From: Isurus oxyrinchus
Taxonomy: Eukaryota
DNA length: 64,000 nt
Direction: 5' to 3'
NCBI GenBank assembly: GCA_026770705.1
Contig: JANJGN010000041.1
Location: 3,162,001-3,226,000, forward strand
In this document: one piece after another, positions 12,400-25,920 of the stretch
Layout of the letters: each line of letters starts with the position of its first letter
How positions within the stretch are numbered: position 1 is the stretch's first letter
Program-made: the position numbers and the translations under genes
Notes under the pieces: generated by a model
The model's database searches: none
Seen by the model: the letters and a program-made list of their open reading frames with translations, nothing else
Told to the model about the DNA's origin: nothing

Positions 12400-13230
12400 C
12401 AGAGCGGATCTTCAATCAAACGATGATGGGCCAATTTGTCAGGAGCTGGGAACGTCAAGGGGATCAGATATTGGTGGAAATTGTTTATAGGCCACCAAAC
12501 AACGGTACTAATTAGTGGCACGGTATTTTTCAGGAAATTCGATTTAACATTGTTAAAGCAGGAAAATGAGAAACTACAGTTTACAAAAAGGCCGTGGTTA
12601 ACCAAATCAGCACTAATTACCTGGAAGAGATATTCATTGGATATATACGAGATAGGTTTCTGAACCAGTACGTTGAGGAGCCAACTAGGGATCGAGCTAG
12701 ACAGGACTTAATGCTATGCCATGAGAAATACTCAATGGATTTCCATGCTTTCAAGTTGTGTTTGGGAAATAGTCACAATAAAGTGAAAGAATTTCGCAAT
12801 AAGTATGACAGTGATATACTGAAATCTAAAACTCGCTTCTGCAATCTGGAGAAATGAAATTATGAATGTAAGATAGGCTAGTTGGCTTTGATGCATTGCA
12901 AAAATATAGGAAGAGAATTGTCAGTGGACATCAATGGCGAGTACTTAAGGAAAAAAATGCATCGACTACATCAGACATGGGGAATAGGGATAGAGATAGA
13001 AACGAAACAGCAACTTTTCACCTGTCGTCTCCCGAGAACATACAGAATATTTCCTAGAAAAGCTCGGCAACCAAGGGACTTGTGAAGCGGAGGAGCGAAA
13101 CTAAATCAATGGTTTTCGGGAAAAAGTTAGTGTTTGAATTATGAACTGGACTAAAGATTAAATAATTCGCGGGACTAGATTTGCTTCATCTCAAGAGTGC
13201 TGAAGGTGGAGCCTAAAGAAACAATGGATA
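12400..13230 (+). mobile_element. CR1-type endonuclease/linker fragment
   Basis: ORF 12594..12857 contains IRDRFLNQYVEEPTRDRARQDL and LGNSHN, the CR1 APE C-terminal PTR..LDL..SDH motifs. Confidence 0.7.
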
Positions 13231-13239
13231 TATTCGTTG

Positions 13240-15010
13240 TTTTCTGCAAACATTCTTTACCTTCTGGAAAGCCTCCAACGAATTGCGCTCACTGCGTAAG
13301 CACGTTCCACAATTATCCACACCACCAAAACTGAGAGGGCCCAACACATCAGTAGAAAATGTAAAGCTGACGCATTGGCAAAAATCTTCCTCTAGAGGTA
13401 CCGAGTGGATGAGCCATCTTGGCCTCCTCGGTACGTTCCCAATATCACAGATGACAGTCTTCAGCAAAGTGCTCTCATTCTCCGTGATATCAGCAAGCCA
13501 CTGCACCTCTGGATACTGCGAGACAATGGGCACCAAGAATATTCCAGCAATTGTACTGAAGGCTTCTGAACCCGAAAGTATCCTGTGCCATACCAATGCT
13601 GCTCCAGTACAGATTCAACACAGGCATCTACCCAAATATGTGAAAAGTCGCCCAGGTATGTGATTCACAAAAACGCTGCACAAACCCAGCCTGTTCGTTA
13701 ACTGTGGCATCAGCCTACATCTGATGAAAAGGTAAGTAATGGAAGGGTTCAGAAAGCGGCATCTGATCACAAGTAATCTGCTCACTGAGGCTCAGTTTGG
13801 ATTGCAAAAGATTCATTGAGTTGTGAATAGCATCACAGCCATGGTCCAAACATGGAGACAAGAGCTGAACTTCAGATGTGACGTGACAGTGCCCACACTT
13901 AATATCAAGGCAGCATTTGATAATTTGTGGCATCAAGGCACCCTCAAATAACTGGAGTCATTGCAAATAAAAGGGAAAACTCTCCATCGGATGGAATCAT
14001 ATCTGGTAAAAATGAGTATGGTGGTTGTAGTTGCAGATAGTTCATCTCAGTTCAAGGATGTCACTGAAGGAGATGCTCTGCATTGTGCCCAGGTTTAAGC
14101 ACCCTTAGGTGCATCACATATCACCTTTCATCCACCATATGTTCAGAATTGGGGATGTTCGATAACGATTGCTCAATGGACAGAATATTTGCAACTCCTC
14201 AAATACTGAGCCGTTTATGCCTAGATACAGGAAAGTCTGTAGGTTATCCAGGCTTTGGGAGAGAAGTGCCAATTAACTTTAACACCACATAAGTACTAAT
14301 TTATATCAAAAAATAATCTAACAATCATCCCTTGGCATTCAATGATATTATGATTTCTGAAACCAACGCTATCATCATCCTATGAACAACCGTTGAACAG
14401 TAACTGAACTGGCCCAACCATATTAAGACTGTGGCTACACGAGCTGGCCAGAGGCTAGGCAATCTGCGGCGAGTAACTTACGACCTGTCTCCTCAATGCT
14501 TGGCCACCATCTACAATGCAAAAGTCAGGAGTTCCCGCATCAATGCTGCTCCAACGGCCCTCAGGAACCTCAAAGCAATCCACAAACAAAGCTTCATTGG
14601 CTGCCCTTCAATAAGTGTACGCTCTCTCCAGCACGGACAGACAGTGATTGCTGTTTGCACCAGCTACAATATCTTCCTCAGGAGCACATCACTCTACCTT
14701 AGACAGTAGATCCCAAAAGCAGAATGGCTGCCATCTAGAAGGACAACAACAGCAGGCAGATGGGAGCACAAGCACTTGCAAGTTTTTCTCCCCGCTATTG
14801 ACCATCCTGGCTTGGGGTTATCACCGTTCCTTCATTGCTGCTCGGTAAGGCCCTGGAGCTTACTTCCAAAATGAACTGCGGGTTTATCTGCACCACATGC
14901 ACAGCAATGGCTCAAGAATGTAGCTCACCATAACCTTCTCAAGGGCAATTAGGATGGACAGTAAATGCCAGCCAACCAGCGATGCCAATATCCTGTAAAT
15001 CAATAATAAA
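13240..15010 (+). mobile_element. Family A LINE, 5'-truncated, RT to 3' tail
   Basis: MGTKNIPAIVLK, IKAAF (about 13900), LGMFDNDC, ATRAGQRLGNLRRV..LATIYNAKVRS, and the 3' tail aagggcaattaggatggacagtaaatgcc..aataataaa. Confidence 0.8.
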
Positions 15011-15974
15011 TATAGAGACAGCGTGATGAGTTTCGCAACAATGTGGATTCTGGCAGTGAACAATGAGGGCGATGTCATGGAATTTATTCAATGCAGAGTT
15101 AGAAAGATTTTTGGTAGAGCAGGGAGGTAAGGTTTATGGACCATGTACGACGTTGAAGTAGAGAGACATTGTAGGTCAGTTATGATCTTAATGAACAGTG
15201 GAGCAGTATAGAAGTGTTGCTTGACCTACTCCAGCTGCTAAGCGCTATATTCAAACTTATATTTCCCATAATTGTAAACAATATTTACTCCTGTACTCCA
15301 ATCTCTTCCAAATAATCTTAGCATGTCATCTGCCCTCTTAATTGATTTCTTTACACGCGAGGCCTCGGGGTTCACACTTTTTAAATATTATATACTGCTT
15401 TCATAATATTAGGGCAGTGGTCAATGACTTCACAATTCGACACATAATACTTCGTCTAACAGCATATTGACAAAACAATTCATCATTCTATATCTCTCTA
15501 CAAACTTTCTGTTCTCCCCTCAGCTTACCTTTCTCCATAGGTCTAGATCATCAGCAAAGTTAGATACATAATTCTTTGCCATTTCTGTCGAGTCATTAAG
15601 ATTGATTTTAAGAGCCATTGAGCAACTTTCAGCCTTTTAAAGAGAAACAGGAAAAGGTCACTCTGAGCGTCGGGCATTTTAGAATTGAAATGAAGTAGGT
15701 ATTCAATGTATTCAGCCACTTTGGCCGAAATAGAAGAAGTCTATTCAGTCCTTTTTGTGTTTGTTACAGACGAGGAGGCGGAAGACATGCAGCATTTGTC
15801 GATCCTATTACACAGGCGCAGGGGGATGTCATTTAGCACCCACAGCCTGTTGCCGTGGAACACTGGGGAAAGACTCTAAGGGAGCAATCAACACATCGTT
15901 GAAATGCTCAATACAGGCACTAATGTATCACACAAGTTTGAAAAATTATGCTCCTCTTGTAGAATTGCATATGT

Positions 15975-16135
15975 CTCACTGCCTCTCACAAACACTGACA
16001 CACTCACAATCTGTCTCTCACACGCATTGACACAGTCGCCCTCTGTCTCTCACAATCAATTCACAAACTCTATCTCTACCTCACATTCACAATGACACAG
16101 TCGCTCTGTCATACACAGTGACACATTGTGGCACG
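15975..16135. repeat. Low-complexity CA/CT microsatellite-like tract
   Basis: Repeated ctctcacaa/gacacactc/gacacagtcgc units. Confidence 0.6.
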
Positions 16136-16139
16136 CAAA

Positions 16140-17700
16140 ATTACAGAATCAAACAATGTAAAAGTGTCCCTTCGGCCCATCGAGTGTCCTACATACCTGA
16201 TGACATTTTCCTGCACTTGGCACATAACCTTGAATATTATTACGTGCCATGTGATCATCCAGGGGCTTTGTATGGACGTGAGGCAAACCGCTACTACCAG
16301 GCAGTTCATTCTAGTCCATAGCCACCCTCCCAGTAAAAAAGCTGTCCTCACATTACACCTAAACCTCCTGCCCCTCATCTTGAACTTACGCCCCCTCCTC
16401 ACTGACCCTTCAACTAACAGTCCATACCCCACGTAATCTTGTACACCTTGATCTGGCCGTTCATCAGTCCTCGCTGCTCCAACAAAAGCAACCCAATTCT
16501 ATCCAACCTCTCCTTATAACGTAAACAGCCTGGTGAATCTCCCCTGCACACCCTCCATTGCAATCACATCCTTCATAAAATATGGGGACCAGAACTGCAC
16601 CCAGTACTCCAGCTGTGACCGCTACAATGTAGTATAGTAATCAAACATGACCTCCCAACTTTTGTAACCTAAGCCTCAATTGATAAGCGCATGTGTCCCA
16701 TACGCCTTTATCACCACCCCACTAAATGTCGATTTCGCCGTCAGATATAGACACACACGCCAAAGTCCCATTGTTCCTCAGTACTTCCTATTGTTGTGCC
16801 GTTCATTGAATAATTTCTTGTCAAAGTAACCCTTTCAAAGTGTATCACCATACACTTTTCAGTGTTAAATTCCATCTGCCACTTATCTGCCCGTTTGACC
16901 ATACCGATTATAACATCACATCCTGTAGACAATAAACCTCACTGTAAAAAATCGGGCAGTCTTTGTGCCATCCACAAACATACTAATCCTTCCTTTCACA
17001 TAGTCATCTATGTCATTTATATAGATGATGAATAACATTGCTCCCAGCACAGCTCCCTGTGGTGCGACACTAGACACTGGCTTCCAGACACTAAAACATA
17101 TTTCTGTGATCACACTCTGCCTCCTACAACTGAGCCAATTTTGAATCCACGTTATCAAATTGTCATGTATCTCATAGGCAGTTGCGTTCTTTATAAGTCT
17201 CCCATGTGGGACCGTGTCAAAGGCTTTGCTGAAATTCATCTAAACTCCATCAACTGCACTACCATCATCTACACAACTGGTCAGCTCCTCAAAAAAATTG
17301 ATCCAATTTGTTAGAAATGACACTCTTCTGACAAAGACAAGCTGACTATCCCTGATCAAACATTTTCTCTCCATGTTGAGATAGATTGTGTCCTTCAGAA
17401 TGTTCTCCATTAGTTTCCCTACCACTGACTTGAAACTAACTGGCCTGTCGTTCTAGAACACTTCTAAAACAGTGGAACCACGTTAGCTGTTCTCCAGTCT
17501 TCTGGCACCTTCACCATGGCAAGAGATGAATCCATAATTTGGTTCAGAGCGCCTGCGATCTCTTCCGTTGCCTCCCTCAGCAACGTGGATCAGTAATCAT
17601 CCGGACCTGGAGTTTTATCCCCTTTTAAGCGGGCCAACATCTCCATATCTTGCCACTCCCTATATAAATTTGCTTAAGAAACTCGCAGTCTCTCTCCACG
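16140..17700 (-). mobile_element. CR1-type LINE, RT domain to 3' end
   Basis: Minus-strand ORFs: VGKLMENILKD..SQLVFVRRVSFLTN; NFSKAFDTVPHGRL..WIQNWL..APQGAVLGAMLFIIYINDID..MFVDGT; KWQMEFNTEKC; VRRGRKFKMRG. Confidence 0.9.
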
Positions 17701-19409
17701 AGTTCCAAACTTTCATTCTCATTACAGAGGGAATTCCAGAGCTCGAGGCCGCGCCGCTGCAGGTACGTCCGCCAATGCTGGATCGTTTAAAAATGTGATG
17801 CACTTGTAGCCTCATTTATTGGAGTGCAGAGATTTAGTGCAATTCTGAAGCTGGAGGAGAATAAGGAGGTAGAAAGCAAACAAGGCCATGGACGGATTTG
17901 AAAACAAGACTGAGCGTTTTAAAACCCCAACATTTTTTTTACTGATCTAACATATGTCAATCAGCACATCATTTTTAACCAATAATGTTTAGAGTATGGA
18001 TGTGGAATGCAAAATTTCTGATGGCCTCTAACTTATGCAGGTCTGTATGTGTGGGACCAGCAAGAAGTTAGTGGGATTATTCAGTTCCAATTTTAACCGT
18101 TTCCTGATTGAGGATTTCAGCAACTGGCGATTCAACACCCGTAGTCAGGGGACGTTACAGAGTGGAATAAGTTACTCATAAGAGTGACAAATATAAGTGG
18201 CAGGAGTCATTCTTCGAATGAATTACTTCACCAAGGCTGAGAACAGTGTCCTTTCAATTCACATATTCAATTGGGCCAGGACAGTTGTTTCAAGCAAGGC
18301 AATAAATTATAGTCCGTTGTTTGGAAACCTTGACTTTATTCTTCCCAGTATTAATCTGGAGGCACAGGACCTCACGTTCGCTATTGGATGTCGCATAAAT
18401 AAGCAAAAAGCGGAAACCAAAGGAGCGCAGAAGTATGTTGGTGAGACGGAGCTTGTTGCTAAAAAGGTGAAAAAATAATCCTGTATCTTTGGGTAATTTT
18501 GCCGTGTAGCTCCACGCATATGATAATTGGGAATAGGTGCGGACAACTGCAGATCTTTGGAGGACAAGAAAAAGCTAAAGTTATTGGGATAATTTAAAAA
18601 TAACCAACGTTCATTATTTTAGCAAAATGCTTCACTGAGATTAATAGAACTTTTTTCAGTTTAAACAAATATATTCAGAGTTGCAGCGCCAATAATTATA
18701 AGTGAAGTTAGGGTCCTCATCAGTGTTGAGCCAATTCTATACTAAAACAAATATGAGGGAGCAAATAATTTCCTCCTGTTCTTATGACTGGCTCGAGATA
18801 TTGACTACTGAGAAATACACTGGCCTTGGAAACAGGAGCGAAGCTCATGTGTTCAGTATTAATGGGATGCATCAGCACCAGAACACCAGGCAGAAAGAGC
18901 AGTGCTTTCCCCATCTTCCACTCAGTTGCTCAGAGGAACAATCAAATGAATGGAGGAAATTAGCTGTTTATATGAACTCAGAGAGTAATATGTGTAATAA
19001 TCAAACCCAAACGATGGGTATTGGCTTGTTAAATGGACAGTTCATTAAATAAGTCCAACAGCCACTGGAATCAAAGAGTGAACGTGTCGTCAACGGAAAT
19101 CATTTATTCAGAAACAATAGGGCCAATTTGAGGAATGTTTCCACTGGAGGCCATTTAGGGAATTACTGTGCATAATAAACAAAGGAAACATACAGCAGAC
19201 TAGGCCATTGGGCAACAGTGCCTGTAACATCTCTCTGATAGAACAATCCAATCACACCTGTTTCCAATCTGCTCGACCTGCACCGCCCGACGTTCCATTC
19301 ATCTTCAAGTATTTTTACAACTAAACTTTTTTAAGGTGTTATTGAATCTGTTTCCAACACCCATTAATGTTGTGCATTTCAGGTTACAACAACTTGCGGA
19401 AAAAAGGAA

Positions 19410-20820
19410 ACTATTTACCTTTAAATCTTCAGCCTCAAATATTCCAACCAAAATGACGATCTGACATTTACCTATGTTCTCCTGCAACCTGTTGTTTTTT
19501 TTTATTATTTTTGCACAAACAATTAACATTTATTTTTGCAGCCTCTTTGCAATGGTATCAAAATTATTTCTGAAAGCACATGTTTCTCATTAGTAAATTT
19601 GACCACACGGCACACTATCTCTTTATCCAAGTCAATATTGTAAAAGGGTTTGGTAAACATGAGGCCACTGGAGTACCCTATGGCACCCCCAGCCTTCCAG
19701 ATACTGTATGCCAACTTTAATACAGGCCAGTTATGTCGACACTGCTTCCTGCTAAGCCAGGCGACAGACATGATGCAATGTTACCCTTACACTATGAATA
19801 TGTAACATGTGTAATAATCCTTTTTTTTAACTTGGAAACGTATCGGACACGTTTTAGTAATTCAAAATAAAACTGCATCCAATAGTCCTTCTTTCCTCAT
19901 CCTGCTTGTTACATCCTGAAATATCTGGAATAAATTTGTGCACGATTGTGATTTCAGAAAATCAGCTTCGCTCTGCCTGATTGGATCATGAATTTCTACA
20001 TTTTCTGCGATCATTTCCATAAAAATGCCTTCCTGCTGGAGTTTAGAAGAAGTGAACAAACAGCTTAAAAACTCATCGGCCGCAGTATCCTGCTCAAACT
20101 GGTCGCAGAACGATTTCTGTGGGTAATATAAGAGGGTACCTTGCACTGAGAGAGTAAAATCAAACAAGAAAAGATCATGACTAATGTTTAATTAATTCTA
20201 AATGTAACAAATAATATTTTATTTTCAAAGAACGATAAGGCTTAAGACATTCAGAATTTCATCACTCGCAAAAGTCAAGGGTTCAGTTTTTTTTTCAAAT
20301 ATGTCTTTTAGGCCGTGCAGACGTCAAGCGGACAGTTACATGTTAATGGCACTGTGGTGGGCATTGAGTTACATGCCATCTAGACCTGTTAAAGTCTCCT
20401 ATGAAAATCGCCAGAGAACTAGATGGATTTACATAATTCAATATTATTAAAAATATAAAACTACGTTCGACTTATTCCAGATATGTAACGTTAAAATTAA
20501 AAACAGGAGGATTTTTAGTGTTCATTTCCTTTGTATTTCAACGTTGGACTCATCCACGCCTGTTTAGGACAGACTTCCTTAACGTTCTTTGCAATGTCTA
20601 TGGTCAGTGTTACTCTTTAGGCAGATTGAATTTGTAACATTACAGGCTATTTATTAAGTCTCCAAGATTGAACAAAATGGTCTAAAATAACGATCAGGAT
20701 TAATGCTTTTGTGTTTGTCCCAATGTGTGACTGAGCCTCGAAACCGCAGGGTTGGTTTAATTGTACGTTGCCCTCTTCATTCATCGGCGGTGACCTTCAC
20801 AGCCAAGACCTGGTTGTGTC
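19410..20820 (+). repeat. Direct duplication unit 1 (antisense CR1 fragment plus about 0.8 kb of non-CR1 sequence)
   Basis: Collinear with 24500-25920 at an offset of about 5.1 kb. Shared strings include tacctttaaatcttcagcc, cactcgcaaaagtcaag, caacgttggactcatcca and cacagccaagacctg. Confidence 0.85.
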
Positions 20821-21439
20821 CGGTTGTGTTGCATTGCCAAGAGCTTATTGACAGAGGTGCTGAACAGAGCTTGTTGAATAAAACTGGGAATCTGGGAAAA
20901 GCTGCGGATCTCAAGTAGCAGCAGAATAATAGGAAATTCGCTCTTTAAGCTCATGCCGCGGTATATTCCACATCCCACCCTCCTGCCCGCCGCGGGATTA
21001 ACACGGACAAGATGACGAGTGCAAGTCGCAGTCCAAGGGCAGCACCAAATATACCACATAGGGGAACGTGGTGAATCTTCAACACACCGTTACCTGCATT
21101 TTAAGGAACAGAAGAAAACTGCAAAAATGCTAACATCTCCCACAAACAGTGCCCCGACATGAATTCCCGTCGCATCCAGTAGTTAATGATAGTGCCCATA
21201 AGAAAACTTTAATGAGGAGGAGGCTTCAAATGTATCCCATCGGCCATTTTGGGAGCCAAATGACATCAGTACAATCGACAAGGTTGTAACATTTGCAGCT
21301 CGTGTGTGTCAGGATTGTAAGTGCTTCATCTTAATGTCCCAGACACCACAGACGCCACACTGAATTTAAAAACAAAATATTGCTCATAATGGAAATCTGA
21401 AATAAACACAGGTTAGGTTGGAAAACCTCAACAGGTTTG

Positions 21440-22060
21440 GCAGAATCTGCGGATGGAGTCCACATTCGATTTTATTTCTGTTTCCATCAGGATGTGGAAA
21501 ATTTGATTTACTTGATATGATCTCAAGAAATGCCTGAAAGGACTGGACACAGCAAAAGCTGGAGGGGCGACACAATCCCAGCAGATTTACTGAAGATTTG
21601 TGCTGTATATCCATCCGAAATTGGAGGCCAAAACACTCAGTGCAGAAATATAAAAAGCACCAGCTGCCGAAAATTAGTAAAAAAAAAACATGGCCGTGTG
21701 TGCTGTGCGCAAATAGCATGACATATAAAACCCTGGCAAATAGCGGTTCATCAATCTGGCCTCGGACATCAGCAATAACATGCGAATTGTCATTTTGGTA
21801 TTAAACGGCAGTTACATAAGACCACCAGTTCATTGGAACCCGGATAGTGTTCCGCCACAGTCACTCGGTGAATGGCTTCATTGTAGCTTTGCGAGTATCA
21901 CGGACAAAATGGCTGAACTCAGGAGATGTGATGATAATAACGTCACTTCGTATCAAGGCAGCATTTGTCCATGAGCGATATCAAGGTAGCTCCGATGTTA
22001 CGATCAGCGTAGAGAATATTTCGATATTCATGACAGCAAAAGAAAGAATCTGAACGTCAA
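21440..22060 (+). mobile_element. Family A LINE RT fragment, very decayed
   Basis: KKCLKGLDTAKA..TIPADLLKICA and atcaaggcagcatttg (IKAAF), as at about 13500-13930. Confidence 0.6.
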
Positions 22061-23049
22061 CATTTATCTTAAAAGAATTGGTTGTATTGCAACAATCGAC
22101 CAAAACCCAACATATTTCAAACATTAATAGGTCAATGATACTTCAGGGGGGATGTAAATGTCAATGTTGGATACTCGGAGGAACATAAGAGATAGTAGCA
22201 GGTGGTAGATCAAATGCCACTTCGAGCCTGCTCCTCCATTTATTACTAGCGTGGCATATCTTGGGGTTAAATTCCATTCCCTGTCCTTTCCAGGCACCAG
22301 TTTTATGAACCGCTTCTCTAGCACCTCCGAAGATGGCATAACTTCTCTGCAATTAGAAGACAAAAACTGCCAACAATACTCCAGCTGTAGTTTCAACAAC
22401 ACACTATGCAGACATCTCTAGTTTTCTTCATCCCTCTACTCCAATTCCCTATCCAACAAATACACTATCTGCTCTCAGCGTGTAAGATAGAACGCTCTTA
22501 TGTATTGATTTGTCTCAATCCCTATTTCTCAAGTGTACATCAAATAGCTTTACTCAGTACAGTTCGGCCCGAGGTCACTTAAGACATAAGGCACTGCATC
22601 CGATACCCAGGAACAATACAAATGCGCTATCCCCTTCTCAATTGTGACTTTTCTACCCAGAATCAACCTAGCTTGTTCTCCCTATGTGAAGCTGTTAGGA
22701 ATTCTCATCTTGTCTTCTTTTCATCCACTGATTAAAAGTCCCTGTCATGTTTTCAAATAATTATCCCCACGGCTTCACACTGAGATACCTGCTTGCGTCC
22801 TGGAACTGTGTATTTCTTCCAGCAGCACGGGCATGAGTTGCAAATAAAATACCAATTCGATTAACTTGTCGTTTTTGGCTTCCACTGCATTGCAACTTGA
22901 CCCTCAGTTTCACATCTCAGAACTGTGATAACATCGTAATGTTGAATTGTTCTGCCTTCCAAAAGTCTTTCTTACTTCCAATTAGCATTTCCAGTGTCCA
23001 TTACGACTATAAAATGCAGGGTTTACAGCAAGCTCCAAGTTTCATTTTC

Positions 23050-23778
23050 AAATAGATGTTTAGCCTATGTGTGTGCCAGTCTGTGTGCTAACTGGATTAA
23101 GACCAAGAACTCTCGGTGCTTTTCTGTATAATAGTGTTGTGAAATAAACAGAGGTAGAGGTACATTTGTGTTTCCTTGAATGGAGCATTCAAGAGGGGAG
23201 TAAAATGTTTCACCTAGCTAAGAGAAACCAATCAATGTTTATATTACTAATACATTTGGTGCAATGAAATGTGTTTTATGTGTTTTATTGTTGGACGAGG
23301 TCATGCCCAAAGGGCCTGGTAATTCACTGAGAATTTACATGCAAAAAGACGAATGTGTATAATAGAAGCGAGCTTGGGTGTGAAAGGCAGAGGCATCTAA
23401 CGTCAAAGCAGCTGTAAGCTTCCAACAGTCTGCAATGGAAAGAGATTGAAAGGAAAGTCGTTTTGAATTTGTAAGGAAAAAATGCTTCGCCTGGTGTCTG
23501 GTTAAATCTATTTGATACTGATGGTGAATTACTTGAGATTTTTCAAAGATGTTACCATTATAGTAATTTCTAGCCAGGTGTTTGTGTTTAGTCTATTGCG
23601 AACTAATACATGTTTCCCTTAGTTTTACAGAAGACCTGACGAGAAGCGTTGGCTTTATCCCTGAATTTGGAGCAAGAATTCAAAACATACGAATTTATAT
23701 CCAGGTTCTGACAGTTGTTTAAATTTCCCCTCTGAGACTTTAACTAGCTTTGCCTTTAAATAATGTTGAATCATAACA
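23050..23778 (+). mobile_element. Probable solo LTR related to the LTR of the Gypsy element at 56700-59460
   Basis: Shares gtctgtgtgctaactggattaagacc and tgcttcgcctggtgtct..ggtgaat with the reverse complement of 58950-59450. Ends in ...CATAACA. The left end and TSD are not resolved. Confidence 0.55.
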
Positions 23779-24499
23779 CATAAAAAGTTTACAAACCTGA
23801 TGTTCGTATTCCATTAACCTAAACTAAAAGCTCAGGTAGAAGTTGGCAACCTGCTTTCTGGTGAAACTCTTTTTGAAAGTTGTCGCAGCTTGGGGAAGAG
23901 TGATATTACTGCGCACTCTCTCCAGTATTTTGAGAAAATATTTAATGACCTACCGTCTACTGTTGTTTTATATTTGTAACACTTAATTCCAAATATCGAC
24001 TACCCCGTGACAAATGTAATACCCCATATTCTCTGGTTTGGAAAGGAGACTCCTTAAAATGGAACATTTCCCCTAGTTATGGATTCCCTCACTAGAAAAA
24101 AAACATCCTGTCAACATCAACCCTGATAAAACAGCCCTAGAACCTTGGAGGTTTACAGAATATCTTTTCCAACTTTTTCAAATTCTAATGAACAGTAACC
24201 TATCTCCCTGAGCTTTCCTCATAAGTTAGCTTTTCATACCAGTGAGCAGTCGTGTGATCTATCTATAAACTGAGCCTAACGCATGTGCATTGTTACTTAA
24301 ATAAGGACAGCATAAGTGCACAAGACACCACCAACTTGTTGCAGCAGCATGGCGTCGCCACTTGCATACATCACCCCCCATCCAGTGATGGCTAATATTT
24401 TATATGCCTTACTTTTCACTTACTGTACTTGTATGCTAACTCGTCATGATTCATATTCGAGAACATCTAGAGCTTTTCTGCTGCAACAGACAGAACACT

Positions 24500-25920
24500 T
24501 TCTCTACCTTTAAATCTTCAGCCCCTATTATACCTAACAAAGTGACAATCTGACATTTTCTGATATTTTCCTGCAACATGTTTTTATTTTTGAACAAACA
24601 CTTAACATTTATTTTTGCGGAGTCTTCGCAACGTTGATCACAATTATTTTTGAATGCACATGTATATCGTCAGTAAAGTTGACCGCACTGCACTATATTT
24701 CTTTATCCAAGTCAACATTGTAAAACGGTTTGGGTAAACTTGAGGCCACAGTATTGAACCCTATGGCACCCCCACCCGTCCAGATACAGTTTTGTCAACT
24801 TGAAAACGGGCCAGTTGTGTCGACTCTTTTTCCTGTTAAGCCACCTGACAGACATGATGCAACGTTACCCTAAAACCATTACTATGCAACATGTGTAATA
24901 ATCATTTTTTAAGTGGAAACGTATCGGATACATTTTGGAAAGTAAAAATAAAACCGCATCAAGGAGTCCTTCTTTCCTCATTGTGCTTGTTACATTCCGA
25001 AATAACTAATACAATTATGCACGTTTGTTTTTATTTCAGAAAATCATTTTCACTCTTCCTGATTGGATCATGAATTCCTACAGTTACTGCGATCAGTTCC
25101 TTAAAAATGCCTTCCTTCTGGAGTTAAGAGGAAAAGAACAAACAGAAAAAAAAACTTTTCAGCCTCGGTGACATGGTCCAACTGGTGGCAGAACAATTTC
25201 TGTCGGTACAATAAGAAGGCAGCTTGCACTGAGGGAAAAAAATCAAATGGAAAATCAAGATTAATGATAAATGAATTGTAAATATAACAAATAACATTTT
25301 ATTTTAAAAGAACGTTGACTCTTAATATATTTAGAGTTACGTCACTCGCAAAAGTCAAGAGTTCATGATTTTTCGAATATGTCTTTTTGGCCGAGAAGAC
25401 CTCCGGATGAGTTTTCCTGCGGACAGTAAAAAGTTAATGGCACGGCTGTGGGCCTTGAGTCACATGACCTCTAGACCTATTAAAGTCTCGCATACAAATC
25501 GTATGAGAGCTACGTAGATTTATATAAATCATGATTATTTTAAATAAATAAACAACTTGCTACATATTCCGTATATGTAACCTTAAATGTAAAGGCAGAT
25601 TGACTTTTAGTAACCGGTTCCTTTGTAATTCAACGTTGGACTCATCCAGGCCTTTGAAGGACAGACTTCCATAACGTTGTTTCCAACGTTCATGGTCAAT
25701 GTTAAATTTAGGCTGATTAACTGTCTATCTCCACCAGATTGGTAATTATTTATTAAGTCTGTAAGGTTCCACAAGCTGGAATAAAAGAACGATTAGCATT
25801 TCTGTTTTAGTGTTGTCCCCGGATGTGACTGAGGATCGACTGCGCAGGGTTGGTTTAATTGTACTTTGCCCTCTTCGTTCATCGGTGGTGACCATCACAG
25901 CCAAGACCTGCTTTTGTTGC
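24500..25920 (+). repeat. Direct duplication unit 2
   Basis: See unit 1. The CR1 part extends further left here, to about 23900. Confidence 0.85.

Noticed and set aside
20350-20800. Ig V-like peptides on the minus strand (VQLNQP, RVTLTIDIAKNV) and a CACAGTG heptamer near 20350
   Set aside because: No conserved Trp or YYC, spacing too short for a V domain, no acceptor, and no nonamer at 12 or 23 nt from the heptamer.
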